From a virus (lineage: Duplodnaviria; Caudoviricetes), in IMG/VR virus record IMGVR_UViG_3300028586_000062, positions 1-29,992 of that record: a stretch of DNA of 29,992 bases. The stretch is one strand, 5' to 3'. Shown in pieces: positions 17,287 to 24,771 of the stretch. Under the pieces are notes generated by a model. That model saw only the letters and a list, made by a program, of their open reading frames with translations. It did not search any database and was not told where the DNA came from. Made by a program: the position numbers and the translations under genes. How positions within the stretch are numbered: position 1 is the stretch's first letter; each line of letters starts with the position of its first letter.

Positions 17287-17321
17287 CCGGGTCTTGTAGA
17301 GAGGCTCTCTACAAGACCCGG
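17287..17321. promoter_or_regulatory. Late-promoter palindrome upstream of J (putative Ogr site)
   Basis: CCGGGTCTTGTAGAGAG-G-CTCTCTACAAGACCCGG, perfect 17+1+17; centre is 59 nt upstream of the J ATG. Confidence 0.8.
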
Positions 17322-17371
17322 TTTTATGACACACCCGCAAGCATTCTTCTAAACTGAGACGGTTAGAGCCA

Positions 17372-18115
17372 CTAAGATAACAGGCTAGCGTCTTTTGAAT
17401 CCTCGCAACCGTAAGCGATAAGCAGCTCGTGGACGATCTGCCGCATCATGGCAGTCATTATGGTTGCGCCGACCTTCAAAGTTCCATCTTCCGTACTTTT
17501 TATCCCATTGGGTGTCTGAACAATAAATTGTCCCCAAGAATAGGTCTGTTCAAGTTCATCTAATAAAAGTGGCATATCGCCGTCCTGATGCGCCCCACGA
17601 GTGTTGCGAAGGAGAGCTACGAAATCGCGACGATTAATAGTTTCTCGTTCTTGGAAAGGGACAAATGGCGTGCCGTTTAACGGCAGCATGCCGGGGTGGC
17701 CTCCCGGTATGGCCGCGCTAGCTCGGTAAATTATATCTTTATTCCACCAGTCTCTAAATGGAAGCGTAACGGTGGACTCGTCTCCCATTTGAAAATCTGC
17801 AACGAAATCGATTTTGGTTTGGTCTTTATCGAGGATCACCCCCGCCAACTTATGCATGGCGTTTATCATGCGTGTCTCATCACCAAAATCTATCGTCGTA
17901 AACGTTTTTGACCCTCGTAAGCGGATCGCCGCACCGCCATCGGTCAGGATTTTATGAACTTCAGTGGCCATCGACAGCGCAACTTGATGCGTTCCTGCGT
18001 CGTATATTTTGGCCATTTGACTCAATAATTCTAGTGACTGATCGAACATCTTCAGAAGCTCGTTTTCATTCATTTTGCGAGAGGCAAATTTTGAAGCCTT
18101 GTGTCGAGCCAACAC
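17372..18115 (-). CDS. Moron: hypothetical protein with HEPN-like R-x5-H motif
   Basis: Low GC (17521-17580 is 22/60 GC); AAGGAGG RBS; helical N-terminus; INRRDFVALLRNTRGAHQD. Start uncertain (18115, 18112 or 18073). Confidence 0.6.
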   Translation of the reverse strand: MLARHKASKFASRKMNENELLKMFDQSLELLSQMAKIYDAGTHQVALSMATEVHKILTDGGAAIRLRGSKTFTTIDFGDETRMINAMHKLAGVILDKDQTKIDFVADFQMGDESTVTLPFRDWWNKDIIYRASAAIPGGHPGMLPLNGTPFVPFQERETINRRDFVALLRNTRGAHQDGDMPLLLDELEQTYSWGQFIVQTPNGIKSTEDGTLKVGATIMTAMMRQIVHELLIAYGCEDSKDASLLS

Positions 18116-18168
18116 GTCCCTCCTTGTACGATAATGAAACGCTGTAACTGTCGTATCTGGGAATGGTA

Positions 18169-18837
18169 CTATTGATTCGTAGCGATGTGGTTGAGCAGCA
18201 TGTCGAGCGCGCGAGACTGCTCCGACTGCGTAAGCCCGAGCAAACCGCGCTGGGCGTAGCGGACGGCGCGAGCCTTCTTAGATGGCTTTTCACGCAGACC
18301 GTCCTGATGGACACGGGCAATCTCGGCAGCGCGTCCTGAGAATCCTATCCACGCCTCCAGATCGGTCGAGCCGGCGCGCAGGTTACGACCGTTGCGCAGC
18401 TTGCGGAACATGGCCTTCTGCCGAATCGTGCCGCGACGCCGTAGCTTGCCAGCGCCCGCGTTCTGCTCGCCCGCCTCAAGGGGGAGATACTGCGCCACCT
18501 TGTCGTAGAAGAAGCTGCGGATCCCGCCGGCCTCGATGTCGAAGCCAGTCATCATGGGACCGTCGTGCACCCAGCTCTTCATGAACACGGCGCGGGGATT
18601 GGCGTCGCCCTTGGGATACAGGAACTTCACGGCATAGGCGCCGGGCTTCAGCTCGGCTCGCTTGCGCCGTGCAGCGAACGCGCCGCCCTCGGGGTCCTTC
18701 TGACGGCCGATGCGGTCCGACTGGCTCTTCTGGATCGAGCGCGCCATCTTGCGCAACAGGGACCGACGTTCGCTGCTCGCGAGCTGGCGCAGCAGCGCGC
18801 CGGCAAGCGACTGGATCTCGGCAAAGTCGTCGGTCAT
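18169..18837 (-). CDS. S: Tail completion/virion morphogenesis protein S (long form with insertion)
   Basis: SQSDRIGRQKDPEGGAFAARR...MFRKLR...IARVHQDGL...YAQRGLLGL; ATGA overlap with R. Confidence 0.92.
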   Translation of the reverse strand: MTDDFAEIQSLAGALLRQLASSERRSLLRKMARSIQKSQSDRIGRQKDPEGGAFAARRKRAELKPGAYAVKFLYPKGDANPRAVFMKSWVHDGPMMTGFDIEAGGIRSFFYDKVAQYLPLEAGEQNAGAGKLRRRGTIRQKAMFRKLRNGRNLRAGSTDLEAWIGFSGRAAEIARVHQDGLREKPSKKARAVRYAQRGLLGLTQSEQSRALDMLLNHIATNQ

Positions 18838-19322
18838 CGGTCGGGTACGGTTTCGAGCGTGCCGGCGGTGACATCGTCGAGAATGCCTGCCCACAGGCGG
18901 ACACCGGTGACGTCGTCGAATTCGTCGGCACGGCTCGGTTCGTCGAGGTGCGTCACGACCAAACCTTCATCGGTGCGCTCGACCTTCACGCGCTCAGTCA
19001 GCTCGAGATCGATCGATATGTCTGCCAGATCGCCGTCGAGGATCTCGGACTCGAAGCTGAAGGGCTCCTGCTGGTCGCGCTCGAGCAGATCGGGCTGCTG
19101 GTCGGCGACCCATGCAAGCAGTGGCACGAACAGCACATCGACGTCGCCCGCAAAGTCCTGCACCACCACGTTGACGGTATAGCGATATTCGAAGCTTAGC
19201 GAACCGGTCAGGCGGGCGGCGATCCGCCCCTTGTCGATGAACATCGCCAGATTTTCCGGCTTGTCCTTCAGACCCGGCACCGAGGCGATCAGCAGCGTCT
19301 TCAGGCTTTCGGGCTTCTTCAT
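18834..19322 (-). CDS. R: Tail completion protein R
   Basis: MKKPESLK...MFIDKG...LSFEYRYT...LLAWVADQQPDL...DISIDLELTERV. Confidence 0.94.
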   Translation of the reverse strand: MKKPESLKTLLIASVPGLKDKPENLAMFIDKGRIAARLTGSLSFEYRYTVNVVVQDFAGDVDVLFVPLLAWVADQQPDLLERDQQEPFSFESEILDGDLADISIDLELTERVKVERTDEGLVVTHLDEPSRADEFDDVTGVRLWAGILDDVTAGTLETVPDR

Positions 19323-19434
19323 GACGATATCCAGATCGATAACAGTGGGCCAGTTGTGACCAGGCCGGGGCATGGTATGGGGACGGCGTCGCGGCGTCGG
19401 TCTGCCTTGGTGAGCGGCGCTGCGACACCTGACC

Positions 19435-20649
19435 CTATTGCGCGGTGTACCGCTGCAGCGTCTGCGCCTCGATGTCGTAGCCCGGCCCGGTTTCGTGGAC
19501 GCCGTCAGCCGTAAGGCCGTTGCTGACCGCGCCAACGCGACCGCCGAGCAACGCTTCATCGTCTTGGAACGCGCAGCCGTTCGATGCCGCGAGCGTCACC
19601 AGCGCCGACTTCCACTGCGTGCGCGTCGCGTCGGCTCCATAGGACGGCGAGGTCCCCCCGATCGACGGCCATTCGAGGATGCAGTCGCCGGTCACCTTCG
19701 CCTTGGTGATGATCGCCTGCAGGTCGGCAACCGACGTCGCCAGTGGCACGCCCGTGTTGAGGTTGTTAGTCCACAGGTTGATGATGGTCAGGTCGGGAGC
19801 ATACGCGGCCAGAGCATTTAGCGGTGCCCACGCGGTCGTCGTGTCGGCCTGGTATCCGCTGACGACGCCGTACACGGCAAAGTTGCTGATCTCGATCCCC
19901 GGAACCGCGCTGTCCCATGCGATCATGCCGGCGATCTCTACATACCCGCCGGACGTGCGGGTGATGCTGATCGGGCTGGCGTCCTTCGTCGCGAAATTGA
20001 TCTCGCTGCGGATGATCGCGTTCGTTGCGCTCTGCGCGTTGATCGTGAACGTCTCGCTCCCCTTGGTGACGGTGAAGATACCCTCTCCGGGACGCTGGAC
20101 GTAGAAGATCGAGGCGCGATCGACCGGCACGGAAGGCTGGAACGTGCCGGGGTTCGTGTTGCCGGTGGCAAGCGAAGGCCCACCGAGCGACACGACACCG
20201 CCCGACCAGCCCGAAAAACCGCTACGCCGCGGATCATAGGCGAGGACGTCCGCGATCGACGACATGCCGCCGGTGCCGAACCAGCTGTTCGTTCGCGTCG
20301 GTAGACCTGACTGGCCGAGCAACACCGCCAGGCGCGACGGGCGCGAGAACCCGAAGGCGTTGGTCGTGAACTTGGTGCCGGTGCCGGCACCCGCGCCGAA
20401 CGTCTTGCTGTCGCCGGGAAACGCGATCTTGCACGTCGACACCAGCGCGAGGCGAAGTTTGGCGCGGCAGGTCCGCCACTTCGTGAGCGACGCGCCCTGC
20501 ATGCTCGCCTCGCGGGCGAGCGTCACAGTCTGCTGCTGCGTCCGCACCGCGAGCCCGCGGGCGGCAGGGTCGACCTGCGCAGCGACCGGCGTGGCCAGCA
20601 TGCCCAGCGCGGCGAGCGCGAGCAGCGCGCGCATGAAGATGCCGCGCAT
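19435..20649 (-). CDS. Secreted SGNH/GDSL hydrolase with inserted beta-rich domain
   Basis: Signal peptide MRGIFMRALLALAALGMLATPVAA|Q. Blocks I GDSK, II NFAVYG, III PDLTIINLWTNN and V DGVH. TGATG coupling to the upstream gene. Confidence 0.85.
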   Translation of the reverse strand: MRGIFMRALLALAALGMLATPVAAQVDPAARGLAVRTQQQTVTLAREASMQGASLTKWRTCRAKLRLALVSTCKIAFPGDSKTFGAGAGTGTKFTTNAFGFSRPSRLAVLLGQSGLPTRTNSWFGTGGMSSIADVLAYDPRRSGFSGWSGGVVSLGGPSLATGNTNPGTFQPSVPVDRASIFYVQRPGEGIFTVTKGSETFTINAQSATNAIIRSEINFATKDASPISITRTSGGYVEIAGMIAWDSAVPGIEISNFAVYGVVSGYQADTTTAWAPLNALAAYAPDLTIINLWTNNLNTGVPLATSVADLQAIITKAKVTGDCILEWPSIGGTSPSYGADATRTQWKSALVTLAASNGCAFQDDEALLGGRVGAVSNGLTADGVHETGPGYDIEAQTLQRYTAQ

Positions 20650-21308
20650 CACTGAGCCACCCGGTAGCCGATGCCGGACGCCGGCAGGGACAGATAGAAG
20701 GTCGCGCCGGCTTCCGTTTCGATCCACGGCTGATCGACACCCTGTTGCGTGTAGGTGCCGAGGAGGGCACCGGCGGGCGTTAGCGGCAGCTTCGTCGCGC
20801 CGCTATCGGTCGAGCGCAGCAGCTGCGCCGTTCCACCCGGCCACGTTGCGGCGGACAGCGCGACGGTGATCGTGCGGCCGAGCTGCGGCACGAACGGGCC
20901 GACGACCTGCGCGGCTGACGACGTACCGCTGAGCGGCGTCGAGGTCGCCGCCAGCGTGATCGGTGTCACCGATCCGCTGATCGGCTGCGTGGCAGGCCAG
21001 AACGTGCCGGCGACGGGAATGGCGGTCGCACCGGCAGCGCCCTGGATCGTCACGACCTTGGCGTTCGGCGTGCCGGCCGCGCCGGTCGGCGTGCCTTCGC
21101 CGGGAGCGGCACTGCACCCCGAGATGCAACGGATCGGCAAACCATGCGCGTCGTCGACCGGGATCGCTTCGCTACGCAGTGGGCCGAAGGCGAGGCCCTG
21201 CAGTACCGTGATGCTCTGGTCGTTGTAGATCGGCTTGGCCTGGCCGTGCGCGCTGGCAGCCGCCAGCAACGCGGGACCAGCCAGCAGGGCGAGTAGACGG
21301 AGTTTCAC
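20649..21308 (-). CDS. Secreted hypothetical protein (Thr/Gly/Ala/Pro-rich)
   Basis: GTG 21308 follows AAAGGAG. Signal peptide KLRLLALLAGPALLAAASAHG|Q, CISGC motif and a beta-rich C-terminal domain. Confidence 0.75.
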   Translation of the reverse strand: MKLRLLALLAGPALLAAASAHGQAKPIYNDQSITVLQGLAFGPLRSEAIPVDDAHGLPIRCISGCSAAPGEGTPTGAAGTPNAKVVTIQGAAGATAIPVAGTFWPATQPISGSVTPITLAATSTPLSGTSSAAQVVGPFVPQLGRTITVALSAATWPGGTAQLLRSTDSGATKLPLTPAGALLGTYTQQGVDQPWIETEAGATFYLSLPASGIGYRVAQ

Positions 21309-21319
21309 CGCGGCTCCTT

Positions 21320-21655
21320 TCACTTTGCGTTGGGGACCGGGCAGGTGCCGGGCGCATTCCAGTTGACGAGACGATCGCCGCGATCGGCGTTGCCGGCGAA
21401 GGCGCGCGCGAGGCGGATGATGCCGGCGCGAATCTTGGTCGGGATCTGAGCGATCAGCGCGGGATCCTCGGGCAGGCCGGCGGGGCGATCGGCGCAGTGC
21501 AGCAGCTCGGCGGGCGGCGTGTCCTTCACCTTCACGACGATCGGCGTCGAAATCGCCGCGGGCGGGGCGTCACCGCGCCGGGCGCAGGCCGGCAACGCCG
21601 TTAACAGCGCGAAACCACTCGCTATCGACAATGTTCGTCCGTTCAGCTTTCGCAT
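21320..21655 (-). CDS. Outer-membrane spanin (Rz1/LysC-like lipoprotein)
   Basis: GGAG RBS; MRKLNGRTLSIASGFALLTALPA|C lipobox; Pro-rich; PPAELLHC; overlaps the 3' end of the i-spanin. Confidence 0.8.
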   Translation of the reverse strand: MRKLNGRTLSIASGFALLTALPACARRGDAPPAAISTPIVVKVKDTPPAELLHCADRPAGLPEDPALIAQIPTKIRAGIIRLARAFAGNADRGDRLVNWNAPGTCPVPNAK

Positions 21656-22031
21656 CTGCCATCTCCATTCGTTGTGCGGCCGAGCTTGCTGCCTCGGCAG
21701 CAGCGCGCGCGGCGCGGGTGTCTTCGTTCTGTCGGGCGTCATGGTCGGCCATCGCCTGCGCGAGCGTCGCCGCGGCGAGCTGGTCGCTGCTGGCCTTGAA
21801 CCGGACCAGCGCGGCGACCGTGGCGGCGCAGGCTTCGCCGCGCGGCATCTTGCCAGCCGCGGCAAAGCCGGTGCCGGATCCGGCGCAAATGACCTGCGCG
21901 GTGTGCTGGAGATCATCGCGATCGGCGCGCGCCTGGCGGGCCTCGACATATTGCCAGGCGCCGACCGCACCGACGATCACGAGGACAAGGAAGGCGAACT
22001 CGCCGCGCAGCTTGGCAAACAGGGTCTTCAT
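21570..22031 (-). CDS. Inner-membrane spanin (Rz/LysB-like)
   Basis: MKTLFAKLRGE followed by a single TM segment and an Ala-rich coiled coil; ATGA overlap with the endolysin. Confidence 0.8.
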   Translation of the reverse strand: MKTLFAKLRGEFAFLVLVIVGAVGAWQYVEARQARADRDDLQHTAQVICAGSGTGFAAAGKMPRGEACAATVAALVRFKASSDQLAAATLAQAMADHDARQNEDTRAARAAAEAASSAAQRMEMADAKAERTNIVDSEWFRAVNGVAGLRPAR

Positions 22032-22552
22032 TTCGGCTCCTTTCCGGTAAGCATCATGGCTTCCAGCCGCACCGCGCGAGCGCCGACCTGGTCGTGCCAC
22101 TTCGACGCCTTCATGCCGGCGACGGCACCCGGCCAGTCGCCGCGCTGGATCTTCGGCAGCGTGCCGTAGAAGCCCAGCAGGCCGGCGCCGGTGATTTTGC
22201 GTTTGGCATCGGGAGCGCGGCCGATCCCCATGTTGAAACACATGTTGAGCAGCACGCGCTGGCGGACGCCGTTGAGCGTCCGCCACCACGGCAGCTTGGC
22301 GTCGAGGTCGCGCTCGCTGCGTTTGATGTCGTTCGCAAACAGCGCGTCCGACTGTGCCTGCGTGATGCCGCGGGCAATGCAGCTTGCGGTCGTGATGCCG
22401 AGCAGACGGGTCTCTTCGGCCGTGATGCCGACGTCGTCGAGGTTGCGGCCCTTGCCGATCGAGCGCTTGCCGGCGGTGCAGAGATACACACGCAGCTTGT
22501 CGCCTTCGTCGCGCGCGATCTCGGCCGACAGCCGTGCCATGTCGTAGGTCAC
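22028..22552 (-). CDS. Endolysin, T4-lysozyme-like (GH24)
   Basis: DEGDKLRVYLCTAGKRSIGKGRNL...RQRVLLNMCFNMG...SKWHDQVGARAVRL; GTG start overlaps the holin stop. Confidence 0.9.
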   Translation of the reverse strand: MTYDMARLSAEIARDEGDKLRVYLCTAGKRSIGKGRNLDDVGITAEETRLLGITTASCIARGITQAQSDALFANDIKRSERDLDAKLPWWRTLNGVRQRVLLNMCFNMGIGRAPDAKRKITGAGLLGFYGTLPKIQRGDWPGAVAGMKASKWHDQVGARAVRLEAMMLTGKEPK

Positions 22553-22902
22553 AGGCCATCCTTCCGTGGGAACCAGCGGTCGAAAAAGGCCGCGGGGATA
22601 TCGGTGATGCGCTCGGAGAGACCGGCGATGAATTTCGGCGTCGCCTTGAATGCGATCATGCCGACGACAAAGCCGACCGCCTGGATGACGAACGGGTCGG
22701 GCTGGTTCCACGGCCACAGCACGCGGATGACGCCGGTCGCGAAATAGCTGACGACGATGCCGACCGACATTTGCAGGAAGCGGCGCGACCAGGTCAGGCC
22801 GGTCTCGTAGGCGAGGCTGACAGCGGCACCAAGCGCGGCCGGCATCAGTCCGAACAGGAATGCCAGCAGCGACACCCCAAATTCGTGGAGTAGGTCCTTC
22901 AT
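22549..22902 (-). CDS. Holin (three predicted TM segments)
   Basis: 117 aa with three hydrophobic stretches and a charged C-terminus; between X and the endolysin. Confidence 0.75.
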   Translation of the reverse strand: MKDLLHEFGVSLLAFLFGLMPAALGAAVSLAYETGLTWSRRFLQMSVGIVVSYFATGVIRVLWPWNQPDPFVIQAVGFVVGMIAFKATPKFIAGLSERITDIPAAFFDRWFPRKDGL

Positions 22903-22905
22903 GAT

Positions 22906-23121
22906 TCAATCGCTCCAGAGCTGAACGAGGTCGCGCACGACGGGCGTGATCGGGACATCGGGCAGAATGACGGGGGTGCCGGTCGGCAGGACGGCGCCCA
23001 TGCCGGCGAGGCCGGGGTTGGCGGCCAGCACCGTGCCGAGGTTGCTCGGGCCGAGCGCGCGGGTGCGCCACAGGGCGGCGTCGAGCGTCTCGCCGTGGCG
23101 CGTCGTGATCGTGTCGGCCAT
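22906..23121 (-). CDS. X: Tail protein X
   Basis: GETLDAALWR...VLAANPGLA...LPTGTPVILPD...VQLWSD. Confidence 0.94.
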   Translation of the reverse strand: MADTITTRHGETLDAALWRTRALGPSNLGTVLAANPGLAGMGAVLPTGTPVILPDVPITPVVRDLVQLWSD

Positions 23122-23603
23122 CAGATCAGCTCGATGTCGACGCGACCGCGACCAAGGATGTCGCGAATCGCGTGGATGGCGTCGCGGCGCATCTCGCCAA
23201 TCGACGGTTCGAGATCCTCGACGTCGCGCTGACCCGCCGTTGTCGTGTCCGTGTCGCGGTATCTCTCGACCAGCTCGGCCTTCACATACGCGCCGATCGC
23301 GCGGGCGTAGAGCAGCATGAAGCGGCTCGTGCCGTCGATCTGCGGGGCGGGCACAGCCGTCAGCGACACATAGCCCGCGGTCATCTTGCTCGCCTGCCAG
23401 GTGGCGAGCTGGTTGCCGACCGTAACGATCGCGCGGATGATCGCACCGCGCAAACGCTCGGGCGTCACGCTGTCGCGGATCCGGTGTTCGGCGCGGAGCT
23501 GGACGGGATCGATGTTCGGAAACCAGCCATCGTTGACGATGACGGCCTCGGTGACGGGCGGCGTGCCGGGTACGACGGAGTTTTTGACGACCAGGCTGCT
23601 CAT
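23121..23603 (-). CDS. L: Head completion/stabilisation protein L
   Basis: IVNDGWFPNID...VTPERLR...ERYRDTDTT...RRDAIHAIRDILG...IELI; start at ATG 23603. Confidence 0.93.
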   Translation of the reverse strand: MSSLVVKNSVVPGTPPVTEAVIVNDGWFPNIDPVQLRAEHRIRDSVTPERLRGAIIRAIVTVGNQLATWQASKMTAGYVSLTAVPAPQIDGTSRFMLLYARAIGAYVKAELVERYRDTDTTTAGQRDVEDLEPSIGEMRRDAIHAIRDILGRGRVDIELI

Positions 23604-23821
23604 ACGATCACGCGGATCGCGGCGATCGAGCCGGCGAAAAAGAGTAGCAGGCCAACGACGATGGCGCTGACCACCAGTCGAATGAAGACCGCGCTGCCGG
23701 GCTGGTCGCGATCGGCAAGCCCAACAATCACCAAGCCGAGCGCGCCAGCCAGGACAAGCCTGACGCCTAAGCCGATCGCTATCAGCGACGCAGAGATATT
23801 GATGCACTCGGCGAGCGTCAC
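23600..23821 (-). CDS. Small two-TM membrane protein
   Basis: AAGGA RBS, 73 aa, two hydrophobic helices, ATGA overlap with L. Confidence 0.65.
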   Translation of the reverse strand: MTLAECINISASLIAIGLGVRLVLAGALGLVIVGLADRDQPGSAVFIRLVVSAIVVGLLLFFAGSIAAIRVIV

Positions 23822-23842
23822 GGTCAGTCCTTCATGAATAAA

Positions 23843-23915
23843 CGGGGGTGGGGATCAGGACGATCGATGGCCCTCAGCGCCGAAGCGCCCTCCCATCGCG
23901 TGTGATCCGCCCCCG
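23843..23915 (-). other. Long structured RNA element downstream of M
   Basis: Nested stems on the minus strand: CGGGGG/CCCCCG, GGATCA/TGATCC, CGATGG/CCATCG, and a terminal GCGC-TTCG-GCGC tetraloop. Confidence 0.6.
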
Positions 23916-23932
23916 AGCGCCGAGGAGGCAGC

Positions 23933-24724
23933 TTACGCAGCCGGCGGGGTGCCGGCGGGTTTCGTGGTCGGCTTGGGCGGCGCTAGCGCGCGCTCCAGCC
24001 GCTTGATCTTGTCCTTCACGCCGACGCGGTCGTGCAGCTTCTGCGCTTCGCGCAGCACCGCGAGCGCGCGCTCGGCCGAAACGATGAATTCAGGCGTGCC
24101 GGGCGCGATGGCTTCGGTCTCCCGCGTCAGCTCTGCGCCGATTGCCTTGTTGAGCTTGGCACGCACCTCGTCGAATATATCGGCGTCGCGCGTCAGATCC
24201 TCGACCTGTTCGAGCACCTCGAACGGGAAGACTTCGCCGACCTGCTGCAGCTTGATCGCCTCTTCGGCGATCTGCTCGACGATCAACGTCGGCGCGTCGC
24301 GCTCGTAACGGCTAGGCAGCGGAATACGGAAGCGCAGGACATGCGCAGCGAGTTCGAGCGCGTGCGTCCAGTCGCCGGTGTCGATCGACCATACCATGAT
24401 CGTCGGCAGGACCTCGTCGACCGGGCCGGACAGCTCGTTGCCGTTCGTCATGCGTCCGGCTTCGAGCAGACCGTCACACCATGCGCGGTAGGAGGGAAGC
24501 ATCTCGCGCTTGGCAGCGATCTTGAGCTTGATCGATTTGATCTCCTTTAGACGCTGGAGATCGTGGCGCAGGCGCAGCTTCATTTCGGCGAGCGCGCGAT
24601 CGGCGGGGGATCCCGCCGCGGCCGGGCGACCGACTGCGGCGGGATGCAACCCTCCCCCCGATGCAGGAGCGAATGCCGTCTGTTTTGCCAAGGTGGCTTC
24701 ACGGTGGCGACGAGCAAGGCTCAT
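23933..24724 (-). CDS. M: Terminase endonuclease (small) subunit M
   Basis: MSLARRH...RLKEIKS...KREMLPSY...DEVLPTIMVWSIDTGD...DEVRAKLNKAIG...GVKDKIKRLER. Confidence 0.95.
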   Translation of the reverse strand: MSLARRHREATLAKQTAFAPASGGGLHPAAVGRPAAAGSPADRALAEMKLRLRHDLQRLKEIKSIKLKIAAKREMLPSYRAWCDGLLEAGRMTNGNELSGPVDEVLPTIMVWSIDTGDWTHALELAAHVLRFRIPLPSRYERDAPTLIVEQIAEEAIKLQQVGEVFPFEVLEQVEDLTRDADIFDEVRAKLNKAIGAELTRETEAIAPGTPEFIVSAERALAVLREAQKLHDRVGVKDKIKRLERALAPPKPTTKPAGTPPAA

Positions 24725-24771
24725 GGCATGTCCTGTCGGGGGGCGGGTATCTCGGGGAAACTGCCGGGCGG

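Noticed and set aside
23824-23835. Mini-ORF ATG AAG GAC TGA before the small membrane gene
   Set aside because: Adequately explained as the AAGGA ribosome-binding site; no evidence for a regulatory peptide.
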